A stretch of 64,000 nucleotides of DNA from an uncultured Bacilli bacterium (GTDB lineage: Bacteria; Bacillota_I; Bacilli_A; RFN20; CAG-449): the NCBI GenBank assembly GCA_947588815.1, contig CANQAG010000005.1:14731-78730 (forward strand), in the 5' to 3' direction. A model generated the notes under the pieces. That model made no database searches. It saw nothing but the letters and a program-made list of their open reading frames with translations, and was not told the origin of the DNA. Below are positions 28,977-38,758 of the stretch, piece by piece. The position numbers and the translations under genes are program-made. Every line of letters begins with the position of its first letter. Positions within the stretch are counted from its first letter, which is position 1.

Positions 28977-30266
28977 TTAAATATTCACTTTTTCTTTTTC
29001 CAAATTTTCTCGCGCAATCGATAACATCAATTTAATGCGATTTTCTTGATTAACTTTTGGAGCCCCGGCATCATAATCGACAGCTACAATATTCGCTTTG
29101 GGATTGGTTTCAACAATTTTTCGAATCATGCCCTTTCCCGCAATATGATTTGGCAAACATCCAAACGGCTGAGTGCAAACGATATTGTGATAACCGCTTT
29201 CAACTAACTCTAACATCTCTGCCGTCAAAAGCCATCCTTCACCCATTTTCGTTCCATAGCCGATTACCCCATCAACTAAAGATTTAGTGTGATAATAGCG
29301 ACTTGGCGCAACAAATTCATCATATCGAGAAATCGAAGTGACTAAAGCATCTTCAACTTTAAGGCAATAATCCATTAGTATTTGACAAACTTTACGCTTT
29401 ATTTTACTACCACCATATAATTTAATATCTTCCAATCTATTATCGATTTTGAAAAGAACAAATCCTAAGATTCCAGGTAAGTTGACTTCGCAATTTTCTT
29501 CTTCCAAAAATTTTTCAAGATTATTGTTGCCTAAGGCCGCATATTTAACGTAAATTTCACCTACCACGCCAACCTTCACTTTCTTTTCACTACGATCAAC
29601 TTCCAAAGAATGAAAATCATCAGCTATTTTAAAAAGATTTTCCTTAATATCTTTAAGTTGATATCCTTTGGATTGGTTAAGCATACTAACGATATAATCT
29701 TGCCATTTTTTTACTAGACGATCCGTATCCCCGTCATTGATTTCATATGGACGGCACTGATTTCTTAAACACATTAAACTATCGCCGTAAATTACTCCCG
29801 CTACTGCTCTTCTAATCATTCCTACAGTCAATTTAAAGCCGGGATTTTTTTCCATACCTGACAAATTAAGACTGATTACTGGTATTTGTTCCAATCCAGC
29901 TTTTTTCAATCCTTTTCTTAAGAGGTGAATGTAATTTGAAGCCCGACATCCACCGCCAGTTTGAGTAATCATCAATGCAACCTTATTGACGTCGTAGCGC
30001 CCGGATTGTACAGCATTGATTAATTGACCAATAGAAAGTATCGCAGGATAGCATGTATCGTTATGAACATATTTTAATCCTGTTTGTGCAATCTCAGGTC
30101 CGTTAGTTTCCAAAAGTTCACAATTGTAGCCGAGTTTTTTAAAAACTTTTCCTAAGATTTCAAAGTGAATCGGAGCCATCATCGGGAAAAGAATCGTATA
30201 GTCTTTTCGCATTTGTTTGGTAAAAAGAAGACGACCGGTTTTTTTATCGTATTTTAATTTTCCCAT
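28977..30266 (-). CDS. 2-hydroxyacyl-CoA dehydratase-family protein
   Basis: HNDTCYPA, TGGGCRASNY, VVGEIYVK, GEGWLL, QPFGCLPNH; strong AAGGAG RBS. Confidence 0.88.
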   Translation of the reverse strand: MGKLKYDKKTGRLLFTKQMRKDYTILFPMMAPIHFEILGKVFKKLGYNCELLETNGPEIAQTGLKYVHNDTCYPAILSIGQLINAVQSGRYDVNKVALMITQTGGGCRASNYIHLLRKGLKKAGLEQIPVISLNLSGMEKNPGFKLTVGMIRRAVAGVIYGDSLMCLRNQCRPYEINDGDTDRLVKKWQDYIVSMLNQSKGYQLKDIKENLFKIADDFHSLEVDRSEKKVKVGVVGEIYVKYAALGNNNLEKFLEEENCEVNLPGILGFVLFKIDNRLEDIKLYGGSKIKRKVCQILMDYCLKVEDALVTSISRYDEFVAPSRYYHTKSLVDGVIGYGTKMGEGWLLTAEMLELVESGYHNIVCTQPFGCLPNHIAGKGMIRKIVETNPKANIVAVDYDAGAPKVNQENRIKLMLSIARENLEKEKVNI

Positions 30267-33198
30267 TTAGATTCTCCTTTCTTTCAAGGGCTGAAAGCAA
30301 TGAACGAATTCTGATCTTTACAGCACCTAAATTTGTGATTTCGTCGATTTTAATCTGAGTGTATATTTTGTTGGCTTTTTCAAGAATATCGCGAACTTCG
30401 TCAGTCGTAATGGCATCAACCCCACATCCAAAAGAAACCAATTGAATTAAATTCATATCTTTTTGATCTCTAATGTAACTCGCCGCATAGTAAAGTCTTG
30501 AATGATATGTCCATTGATTCAAGACATGCACATTAATTTTGCTTTTGACTTTGTTAGACACCACATCTTCAGAAATAATCGCCACATCAAACGAAGATAA
30601 CATCTTGTCGATACCATGATTAATTTCTGGATCAAGATGATAAGGTCTTCCGGCCAAAACTAAAATCTGTTTTCCCTTTTCTCGAGCGCGCAAGATGATT
30701 TCATCGCCTTTAATTCGTATTTTTGATAAATAATCATCGTAAGCCTCATAAGCTTTTTTTACCGCTTCTTGAACTTCTTTAAGTTCTAAATCCGGAAAAT
30801 GTGGTTTCATATTTTCATAAAATTTAGATGCAAAATCTTTATGACGATGAATTCCTAAATATGGTTTAATAAAGTCGATATTTTCCTTTTTCAAATCTTT
30901 AATATTATTATTGATAACTTCAGAATAATAAGCAACAACAGGACAATTATAATGATTGTCACCCTTTTTCTCATCAATATTATACGACATGCAAGGATAG
31001 AAGATTTTCTTTACACCCATTTTTATAAGTTCTCTTATATGTCCATGCATCAATTTAGCGGGGAAACAAACAGTATCCGAAGGAATTGTAGTTTGACCAT
31101 ATAAATATAGTTTTCTCGATGATAAAGGCGAATAGATCACTTTAATATCAAGGCTATTAAAAAGGACCGTCCAAAATGGTAAAAGTTCAAACATATTCAA
31201 ACCTAAAGGAATCCCGATTTCACCACGTTTCCCTTTTGTATCATCACGATAACTTTGAAGTAAGTTTAATTTATAACTATAAATATTTAATTCATTATCG
31301 ACAACTTTTTTAGTAATCGGTCTTTCACATCGATTGCCACCGATAAACCGACGCCCATCATTAAAAACGTTGATTGTAAGTCGGCAATGGTTTTCGCAAA
31401 GCCCACAATTCGTAACTTGAATTTTATGCGTAAATTGTTCCAATTCTTCAGCTGAAATTAAAGTTGATTCTTTATTATTTTCACACATTAATTGTGCATA
31501 AAGTGCAGCACCATAAGCGCCCATCAATCCTGAGATATTTGGTCTTACGACCTCTATTCCCATTTCCAATTCAAACGCTCTTAAAACGGCATCGTTTAAA
31601 AAAGTTCCACCTTGAACAACGACTTTTTTGCCAAGTTCCTCCGGCGAAGAAGCACGAATCACTTTATACAATGCATTTTTAACTACCGAAAGCGATAAGC
31701 CTGCCGATATATCTTCAATTGAAGCTCCATCTTTTTGTGCTTGCTTTACAGCCGAATTCATAAATACCGTACATCTTGAGCCTAAATTCACCGGTCGTTT
31801 GGCAAATAGACCTAATTTTGAAAATGACGCGATATCATAACCAAGTGCCGAAGCAAAAGTTTGTAAGAAACTACCGCATCCTGAAGAACACGCTTCATTT
31901 AAAAAGATATTATCGATGGTTCCGTTATGAATTTTAAAGCATTTGATATCTTGTCCACCGATATCAATGACAAATTCCACTTCCGGCATAAATTTCTTTG
32001 CCGCCATAAAATGTGCAATCGTTTCGACGATACCAAAATCAACTTTAAAAGCATTCTTAATAATATCTTCACCATAGCCGGTAACCGCCGATGCTTTTAT
32101 TTGAATATCAGGCTTAAGCTTATAAATTTCTTGCAGAAGGTCTTTGACAAGCGGTACGGGATTTCCGGAATTTGACATGTATTTGGTGTAGTAAATGTCT
32201 TTATTTTCATCCATAACGACACACTTCAAAGTGGTAGATCCGGCATCGATTCCTAAATATGCCGGACCTTGAAGTTTTTCAAACGGATAAATGGCCACTT
32301 GGGCTTGGTCATGACGTTTTTTAAAAGCGAGGTATTCCTCTTCATTGTTGAAAAGCGGTGGACGAAAAGCAAAGTTTCCAAGATGCGAATAATTGCTGAC
32401 TTTTTCAAGTAATGTATCTAAATTAATGAGTTTATCTGACGCTAATGCAGCCCCTAAAGAAACATAATAAAGAGAATTTTTTGGGCAAGTTCCCTTGGTT
32501 TTTAAAACGTCATCAAAAGCAGCACGCAATTCACTGATAAACGTTAATGGTCCACCCAAATAAAGAACATTTCCGCTGATTTCACGTCCTTGCGCCAACC
32601 CGGCAATCGTTTGATTGACGACAGCGTAAAATATCGAGGCTGAAATATCAGATTTTCTTCCACCTTGATTTAAAAGTGGCTGTATATCAGTTTTAGCAAA
32701 AACACCGCACCTTGAAGCGATTGTGTATATTTTTTCATGGCTTTTAGCTAGTTCATTCATTTCAGCGATTGAAACATTCAAAAGAGAAGCCATTTGATCT
32801 ATAAAAGCTCCAGTACCACCGGCACAAGAGCCATTCATACGAACTTCAACGCCATTATTTAAAAAGAGAATTTTAGCATCCTCGCCACCTAATTCTATAA
32901 TTGCATCTGTTTCAGGATTAAACAATTTTGCGGCAATTCTAGTGGCATAAACTTCTTGTACGAAAGGAAAACCACAATTTTCAGCAATGCCCATACCAGC
33001 TGAACCGCTCAACGAAATCTTAACGTTTTCAATTCCATTTAAGACATCCTTTTTTAAATTTTTTAAAACTTCAGCGATTTTTTCACTGATTTTCGATAAA
33101 TGTCGTTCATAAGAAGAATAAATTATTTCATTATTTTCATCAATAACAACACATTTTATCGTCGTGGAACCTATATCTAAACCTACCCGCAACTCCAT
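30244..33198 (-). CDS. Acyl-CoA dehydratase activase (two BadF/BadG domains plus DUF2229)
   Basis: GLDIGSTT, GGEDAK, CAGGTG, ASRCGVF; GIDAGSTT, DIGGQD, EACSSGCG, GSRCTVF; SFGCGVDA. Confidence 0.92.
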   Translation of the reverse strand: MELRVGLDIGSTTIKCVVIDENNEIIYSSYERHLSKISEKIAEVLKNLKKDVLNGIENVKISLSGSAGMGIAENCGFPFVQEVYATRIAAKLFNPETDAIIELGGEDAKILFLNNGVEVRMNGSCAGGTGAFIDQMASLLNVSIAEMNELAKSHEKIYTIASRCGVFAKTDIQPLLNQGGRKSDISASIFYAVVNQTIAGLAQGREISGNVLYLGGPLTFISELRAAFDDVLKTKGTCPKNSLYYVSLGAALASDKLINLDTLLEKVSNYSHLGNFAFRPPLFNNEEEYLAFKKRHDQAQVAIYPFEKLQGPAYLGIDAGSTTLKCVVMDENKDIYYTKYMSNSGNPVPLVKDLLQEIYKLKPDIQIKASAVTGYGEDIIKNAFKVDFGIVETIAHFMAAKKFMPEVEFVIDIGGQDIKCFKIHNGTIDNIFLNEACSSGCGSFLQTFASALGYDIASFSKLGLFAKRPVNLGSRCTVFMNSAVKQAQKDGASIEDISAGLSLSVVKNALYKVIRASSPEELGKKVVVQGGTFLNDAVLRAFELEMGIEVVRPNISGLMGAYGAALYAQLMCENNKESTLISAEELEQFTHKIQVTNCGLCENHCRLTINVFNDGRRFIGGNRCERPITKKVVDNELNIYSYKLNLLQSYRDDTKGKRGEIGIPLGLNMFELLPFWTVLFNSLDIKVIYSPLSSRKLYLYGQTTIPSDTVCFPAKLMHGHIRELIKMGVKKIFYPCMSYNIDEKKGDNHYNCPVVAYYSEVINNNIKDLKKENIDFIKPYLGIHRHKDFASKFYENMKPHFPDLELKEVQEAVKKAYEAYDDYLSKIRIKGDEIILRAREKGKQILVLAGRPYHLDPEINHGIDKMLSSFDVAIISEDVVSNKVKSKINVHVLNQWTYHSRLYYAASYIRDQKDMNLIQLVSFGCGVDAITTDEVRDILEKANKIYTQIKIDEITNLGAVKIRIRSLLSALERKENLNGKIKIR

Positions 33199-33203
33199 TG
33201 ATT

Positions 33204-34262
33204 TTACTCCTTTTTATCTTCGTTATCATCATTAGATGTTTTCTCGCTTTGCTTATCTTCGTCTTTACTGCTTTCATTAAATTTGTCAATTTCATTCTTC
33301 ATCTGGTTAAGAAGATCTTCGATTTGTCTTTTTTGATCCTCTTTCAGCTCTTCTTTTGAATCAGTAACATCAACATAAGCCTTTGACATCATTTCATTTA
33401 ATGCTTTTCGATAAAGATCTCGATGAAGACAATAAATCTTATATCCGGCAATTAAATATATCGGGAAGAAAACAAAACATCCAGCGACGCTTAGCGATAA
33501 AGCCAAAACACAAGTATCAAAAGTTTCAAAATGCATAACACCAAGTCCGATGTAGGTACATAAACCATAAACAATCAAATAAACAATCAAAGATGGCCAA
33601 ATTACCGAACCCATTTTAGCGTGATAATCTCTTGAAATTTTTGGAAAAACCATCCGATTTATTCGTGATGCGGTCATTGCCACAACCGGTATATCAAACG
33701 AAAAATATGCCGAAAAAACATTTTTAGATAGGCATAACACAAAATATAAAAAGACGAATCCATTTAAAATCACTTCATAGTAATCAAAATACGGGATAAT
33801 ATTAAACAATTCTTCATTAAGATAATTGTAAGCATCATATGCACTAAGGTTTTGTGACGCATTTAAAACTTCTTCAATATTTTCGCGATATGCAAAAAAA
33901 AGTATGCTAAGTAGAACTATTGACATCAAACAGTAAAAAAGAAAAGTTTTAAGAAAAGTATTTATCACTCGATAACATCCGTTAAAGCGTGGCGTATAAT
34001 AAAGGCGATAATTTTGATTAAAATCACTGAATTCTAAGGTTTGTCTTTTACAAGCTTTGACTACCATAATTTGAAAAGACAATAAAAATGGTACTAAAGC
34101 AAAAGCCACCACTAACAAAAAACCGAACGGGATTAATCGATTTAAAAGTAAACCCGTCACAAAAATCACAATATAAATAAAAGAAAAAGTCAAAAGTTTT
34201 TCTTTGTTGTTCTTTAATACTGTATAAGATTCCTTAACAATTCTGCTTTTCATACAAGTCAC
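33204..34262 (-). CDS. Multi-pass membrane protein (DUF975-like?) with acidic C-terminal tail
   Basis: About 6 hydrophobic segments; stop 6 nt before the activase start. Confidence 0.6.
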   Translation of the reverse strand: MTCMKSRIVKESYTVLKNNKEKLLTFSFIYIVIFVTGLLLNRLIPFGFLLVVAFALVPFLLSFQIMVVKACKRQTLEFSDFNQNYRLYYTPRFNGCYRVINTFLKTFLFYCLMSIVLLSILFFAYRENIEEVLNASQNLSAYDAYNYLNEELFNIIPYFDYYEVILNGFVFLYFVLCLSKNVFSAYFSFDIPVVAMTASRINRMVFPKISRDYHAKMGSVIWPSLIVYLIVYGLCTYIGLGVMHFETFDTCVLALSLSVAGCFVFFPIYLIAGYKIYCLHRDLYRKALNEMMSKAYVDVTDSKEELKEDQKRQIEDLLNQMKNEIDKFNESSKDEDKQSEKTSNDDNEDKKE

Positions 34263-34276
34263 CTAAAAAATGCAAC

Positions 34277-34297
34277 TGAATATATTATATATATTCA
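34277..34297. promoter_or_regulatory. Palindromic operator overlapping a -10 box
   Basis: TGAATATAT-TAT-ATATATTCA; minus strand contains TATAAT. Confidence 0.5.
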
Positions 34298-34404
34298 AGA
34301 GTTCAAATACAAATTTTAAACATAAACTTTTGACAATTCTTATAAAAGATAGATATATTTTTGCTAGCAGAGTAACAATTTATAAAACAAAATTAGATTG
34401 TATT

Positions 34405-34438
34405 AAAAAACACCGCTTAACTTTTTCGTTAAACGGTG
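34405..34438 (-). terminator. Terminator of the ydcC-like gene
   Basis: CACCGTTTAAC-GAAAAA-GTTAAGCGGTG-TTTTTT on the minus strand. Confidence 0.8.
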
Positions 34439-34448
34439 CTTAACGCTT

Positions 34449-35459
34449 TTACTTTGTCCCTGTGATGATATCCATCGAATTGGCAATAGAAATCATTTCA
34501 TTGACACTTAAAGTTTCCGAGTAAATATCAATGCTGACTCCGTTATAAAGGTAGGTTAGATTATATCCATTCACATAACCGACTCCATAAGCAAATTCAA
34601 TAATATTACCGCTTACTTCTTTTAATGATATTTCTTCAGAATCTTGCAAGATACTTTGAACTACCGTAAATGGTTTATCACCATCATAAGTCAGAATAAA
34701 TACTGTTTTCCCGTTAACGGTTGCCTGCGTTTGTTCTTTCAAAGTGCCGTAAACTTCACCATTAGAAGGAATTAATGGCAAGTCCTCTTCATTTACAGTT
34801 GATGTGGAAGAAATATTTTCACGCGACTGCTTCATATTTTCACTGACATCAAAGTATGTATCGGTATAAGTCGGTTCAAGATCAACTTTAGAAAAAGTAA
34901 CTTTTACCACAATTTCATTATTTGCATTATATATATTTACCCACACCGGCTTTAAATCAGATGAAAGTTTGATATCCTGTTTAACCCATTCCGGAGCATT
35001 TTCGTACGATGGTGTGCTGGAAATAAGATATCCATCGTCGAGATTTTGAACTTCATGATCTCCATTGAACACCTCAAGAAGAGAATGATATAGATAAGGC
35101 TTGGGGCTATTTAAAGGATAGTTACCTTTAAACTGATAAACTTGATTTAGCATCGGCGTTAATACATAAACACCATTTTGATTTCTTAATAAAATTTGCT
35201 CTTGATTAATATTTTTATCTAAAAGCGAAATTCTAAAATAATCTTGTTCGTTCTTTTTATTGTAATCGGTGGTCACAAAATAAGAACGTGTCTCCTCATC
35301 ATTAAGAAGATCCATCGTCGCTTCCATATGATAAGCAACGAGGTTTTGATTAATTTGATCTAATTTGTCGCCAACATCCGATTTGTCAAAAAATAACTTC
35401 CACGCCGCTAGCGCCACGATCGCCACAATTAATACTCCCGCAATAATTTTTTTAACCAT
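34449..35459 (-). CDS. YdcC-like (LolA-like/DUF4367) membrane-anchored protein
   Basis: N-terminal anchor; QILLRNQNGVYVLTPMLNQVYQFKGNYPLNSPKPYLYHSL; SETLSVNEMISIANSM. Confidence 0.7.
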   Translation of the reverse strand: MVKKIIAGVLIVAIVALAAWKLFFDKSDVGDKLDQINQNLVAYHMEATMDLLNDEETRSYFVTTDYNKKNEQDYFRISLLDKNINQEQILLRNQNGVYVLTPMLNQVYQFKGNYPLNSPKPYLYHSLLEVFNGDHEVQNLDDGYLISSTPSYENAPEWVKQDIKLSSDLKPVWVNIYNANNEIVVKVTFSKVDLEPTYTDTYFDVSENMKQSRENISSTSTVNEEDLPLIPSNGEVYGTLKEQTQATVNGKTVFILTYDGDKPFTVVQSILQDSEEISLKEVSGNIIEFAYGVGYVNGYNLTYLYNGVSIDIYSETLSVNEMISIANSMDIITGTK

Positions 35460-35478
35460 TAAGATTCACCTCACCGAT

Positions 35479-35507
35479 AATTTATGAGAAGAAAACTTAA
35501 TATATGT
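35479..35507 (-). promoter_or_regulatory. SigmaE-like promoter
   Basis: ACATATA-N14-CATAAATT upstream of the ydcC-like gene. Confidence 0.5.
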
Positions 35508-35508
35508 A

Positions 35509-35538
35509 TGAATTATTTAAAAATTTTCGCACATATTA
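35509..35538 (+). promoter_or_regulatory. SigmaG-like promoter
   Basis: TGAATT-N17-CATATTA upstream of the DUF378 gene. Confidence 0.45.
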
Positions 35539-35555
35539 TCTTTAGGAGGTAAATC

Positions 35556-35768
35556 ATGCAATATTTACAAAAATCATGCCTTGTCTTAACGATTATCGGT
35601 GCATTAAACTGGGGATTAATCGGACTATTTGATTTTAATCTCGTAACTTTTATTACAAATGGCACTAATATTTTTGCCCGAATAATCTACTGTGTGATTG
35701 CTCTAGCGGCAATCGTTAATATTTTATTGCTCTTTATGCACGTTTCTTCAACTGCTACTGAAGAATAA
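35556..35768 (+). CDS. DUF378 small membrane protein (YuzA-like)
   Basis: LTIIGALNWGLIGLFDFNLV...ARIIY; AGGAGG RBS. Confidence 0.9.
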   Translation: MQYLQKSCLVLTIIGALNWGLIGLFDFNLVTFITNGTNIFARIIYCVIALAAIVNILLLFMHVSSTATEE

Positions 35769-35785
35769 TAATCGATGCCAAACTT

Positions 35786-35819
35786 AAATAAAAAAGACTG
35801 CGATCAGTCTTTTTTATTT
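35786..35819. terminator. Bidirectional terminator
   Basis: AAATAAAAAAGACTG-CGAT-CAGTCTTTTTTATTT. Confidence 0.85.
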
Positions 35820-36418
35820 ACTCCTTTTTGATAGATTTTATTGACAACTTTTTCCAATTCAAAGGGATTAATTAAGGGAACCTGGCTCTCAAGCTCCAAA
35901 GTTTCAATTCGCTTTTTTAAATCTTTACAATGAACAAGCATCGGTTCCTCACTTAATGTTTCCGAGCCGATATAGCAAGAATCATTTACCACCAAAAAAG
36001 GTACAACCATTTCCTTTGAAGCGCCGATAAAAGCCGTAAAATAATTGATTCGAGTATTTTGAAGATGACATGGATTTTTAATATGATCAGCATTTTTGCC
36101 ATCTGGCGAATAATAAAACCAAGTTAAATCTTCTTTTTTTCCATTCAAATGCCCATCGTAATAAGCGTCTACAATACAATAAATGTATTTGTTAGAAAAA
36201 AGTATATGATCAAAATGAACCAATACTTTTGCATCAATCGGTAAAGAAATACGATTCAAAAGATAAAAATCATGATTTTTAGCGATGCTATACAGTTTTT
36301 TGGTAATGCTTCTTTTATAAAATCTTTTTCCAAAAAATAATTTTATTGGATTTGAAAACAATAAAGCAGTCGCAAAAATTGTAAATATAGCTATGATAAC
36401 AATTGCACCTACTAGCAT
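35804..36418 (-). CDS. NERD (nuclease-related domain) protein with N-terminal TM
   Basis: YLLNRISLP..HFDHILFSNKYIYCI..YYDGHLNG..W..NPCHLQN. Confidence 0.75.
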   Translation of the reverse strand: MLVGAIVIIAIFTIFATALLFSNPIKLFFGKRFYKRSITKKLYSIAKNHDFYLLNRISLPIDAKVLVHFDHILFSNKYIYCIVDAYYDGHLNGKKEDLTWFYYSPDGKNADHIKNPCHLQNTRINYFTAFIGASKEMVVPFLVVNDSCYIGSETLSEEPMLVHCKDLKKRIETLELESQVPLINPFELEKVVNKIYQKGVNKKD

Positions 36419-36420
36419 AA

Positions 36421-37122
36421 TTAAGCAATCTCTAATGCAACTTCCATCATTTTATGAAAACTATTCTGTCGTTCTTCAGCAGTGGTTTCTTCTTTAGTAA
36501 CAAACGAATCTGAAACTGTCAAAATGCAAAGAGCTTTTTTCTTTAATTTTGCCGCATTACAGTAAAGTGCATACGACTCCATTTCAACTCCTAAAATTCC
36601 CATATCGCGCCATTTCATCCAAACTTCCGGTTGATCGTTGTAAAAGATATCACTAGATAAAATGTTACCGACATGGCAAGGATAGTTCTTAGATTTTGCA
36701 ACTTCATAAGCTTTATTTACCAATGAAAAATCGGCAATAGCACTAAAAACGCCACCTAATTGATATTGTGATGCCCAAGCAGAATTAGTCGAAGCTCCCG
36801 AAGCAATGATGAGATCATAAAGTTTACATTCTGGAGCATAAGCACCGCAAGAACCGACTCTAATAATCGTCTCAACTCCATAAAAAGCATATAGCTCATA
36901 TGAATAAATGCCAATGCTTGGCATCCCCATTCCCGAACCCATAACCGAAACTTTTTTTCCTTTATAGGTTCCTGTATATCCTAACATATTGCGGACACCA
37001 TTGACTTGAACTACATCTTCTAAGTAATTTTCAGCGATGAATTTGGCTCTTAATGGATCGCCCGGCATTAAAACTGTCTTAGCAAAATCTCCCATTTTAG
37101 CGCTATTATGTGGTGTTGACAT
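36421..37122 (-). CDS. deoD: Purine nucleoside phosphorylase
   Basis: TPHNSA, LMPGDPLRAKFIA, GSGMGMPSIGIY, IRVGSCG, VEMES. Confidence 0.96.
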   Translation of the reverse strand: MSTPHNSAKMGDFAKTVLMPGDPLRAKFIAENYLEDVVQVNGVRNMLGYTGTYKGKKVSVMGSGMGMPSIGIYSYELYAFYGVETIIRVGSCGAYAPECKLYDLIIASGASTNSAWASQYQLGGVFSAIADFSLVNKAYEVAKSKNYPCHVGNILSSDIFYNDQPEVWMKWRDMGILGVEMESYALYCNAAKLKKKALCILTVSDSFVTKEETTAEERQNSFHKMMEVALEIA

Positions 37123-37131
37123 ATATTCCTC

Positions 37132-37599
37132 CTATTCTACATCGACTACCATTGTCGAAGATAATATATCATGAAAAGTAACTCTTTCGTTTTGAAGACA
37201 AAGAACAGCTCCCGAAGCAAAAACAGAAAGACCAAAAGTCGAAAAATCGATTAAAATTTTGCCGATAACTTCACGTATAAAAAGAGCAGCAAAATCAACA
37301 TTGCTACCATCGTTTTTAACAATTCTGATTCTGAAAAATTTTTTTCCGACCGTTTGGCCTTTGCTTAACACCGGCACAACTAAAAAATAAAGGGTTATAA
37401 AAACAAATGCCATCCCACCGGTTAAAAGCGAAGTGACCGTAAGTGAAAGAATATTTTGAGTAGTAGGGCTTTTTGCAACTTCAAAAGACATTAAAATCGG
37501 ATTGATTGAAATAAAGCCGACAATTGTAAAGACAATTAACCAATCCAAAAGAAAAGCCATGATGCGAGGAAGAGGATGAGCTCTTTTCATAATTATCAC
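37132..37599 (-). CDS. RDD-family membrane protein
   Basis: RIMAFLLDW, GQTVGKKFFRIRIV, TFHDILSSTMVV. Confidence 0.9.
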   Translation of the reverse strand: MIIMKRAHPLPRIMAFLLDWLIVFTIVGFISINPILMSFEVAKSPTTQNILSLTVTSLLTGGMAFVFITLYFLVVPVLSKGQTVGKKFFRIRIVKNDGSNVDFAALFIREVIGKILIDFSTFGLSVFASGAVLCLQNERVTFHDILSSTMVVDVE

Positions 37600-37643
37600 C
37601 TCTTCATTATTTTATCATAGCTTTTCAGTATAAGAAAGATTAA

Positions 37644-38750
37644 TTATTTAATCTTTTCGCTTAAATTACTAAGAAATCCTTTCTCAAAAGTCGCCTCGAT
37701 AGTGCTAAGCTTTTGAATTCTTTTAATCCCGATATCGACTAATGTCGTCAAAAGTTCTTTGAATTCGATTCCTTTATCTTCAAACAAATAATAAGCTAAG
37801 GAACCCGGAATGGTATTGATTTCATTGAGATAGACCTTTTGGCTTTGTTGATCATATAAAAAATCAAACCGAACTACTCCGAAACATGATAAAGATCGGA
37901 AAGACTTAATAGCGATATCCCTAATAGTTTCTTCGATATCTTCCGATACATCACTTGGAATAATTCTTACAAACTTTTTATCTTCCCCACTTTCATATTT
38001 ATCGTAAAAACTTAGAATCATATCGTGATTGTTAACAGTCTCCAAAGAAGAAATAATCATTTTTTCTTCATTACCTAAAATAGCAATATTTACTTCTTTT
38101 AAATGATTTATGGCTTCTTCGACAATTACCTCATCATCATAGTAAAATGCAGCTTCAATCGCTTCTTTAAGTTCTTCTATATTCATCACTTTTCTAACTC
38201 CTATTGAACTTCCCAAGTGACACGGCTTTACAATAAGCGGAAAATGTAAAGGTTTGATAAAAGAATCTAATTTTTGGATATTTAAATATGTTGAAGCTGA
38301 TAAACTTTTAAATTTTGTCTGTGGTATCTTGAATGTATTCAAAATTCGTTTACATGCCACTTTGTCTTGTAAAATCGCGGCATTGTAAATTCCAGAATAG
38401 ATACAAGGTATTTTCAAAGTATCAAAGAAAGCCCCCAATGTACCATCTTCGATTCCCTTCCCGTGTCCTACAATCAAGGCATAATCAAAATATAACTTAC
38501 TGGTTTTGGTTTTAAAAAAAGAACTTTGATGCTTCCTTTTAAATTCGCCTTTTTTAAAGCCATGGAAATTTTCATAATTAAGTTTGTTTAAAAGAGCCTT
38601 TCCCGTATAAAAATTTCCATCGTGATCAAGATATACTAAAAGATAATCCCAACCATTGTTTTGAAATTCGTGCGCAACTTTAAGCGCCGTTAAGACCGAA
38701 ATATCGCTTTCTAGAGAATTTCCTCCATAAACGATCGCGATTTTTTTCAT
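37644..38750 (-). CDS. ddl: D-alanine--D-alanine ligase
   Basis: YGGNSLESDIS, HGKGIEDG, VKPCHLGSSIGV, SFYDKY, LNEINTIPGS. Confidence 0.9.
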   Translation of the reverse strand: MKKIAIVYGGNSLESDISVLTALKVAHEFQNNGWDYLLVYLDHDGNFYTGKALLNKLNYENFHGFKKGEFKRKHQSSFFKTKTSKLYFDYALIVGHGKGIEDGTLGAFFDTLKIPCIYSGIYNAAILQDKVACKRILNTFKIPQTKFKSLSASTYLNIQKLDSFIKPLHFPLIVKPCHLGSSIGVRKVMNIEELKEAIEAAFYYDDEVIVEEAINHLKEVNIAILGNEEKMIISSLETVNNHDMILSFYDKYESGEDKKFVRIIPSDVSEDIEETIRDIAIKSFRSLSCFGVVRFDFLYDQQSQKVYLNEINTIPGSLAYYLFEDKGIEFKELLTTLVDIGIKRIQKLSTIEATFEKGFLSNLSEKIK

Positions 38751-38758
38751 GCTACCTC

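Noticed and set aside
30244-30266. Programmed frameshift joining activase and dehydratase
   Set aside because: The downstream gene has its own strong AAGGAG RBS and ATG, so a simple overlap explains it
37644-38750. Vancomycin-resistance (D-Ala-D-Lac) ligase
   Set aside because: Omega loop keeps KY (SFYDKY), typical of D-Ala-D-Ala ligases; no vanH/vanX/vanRS nearby
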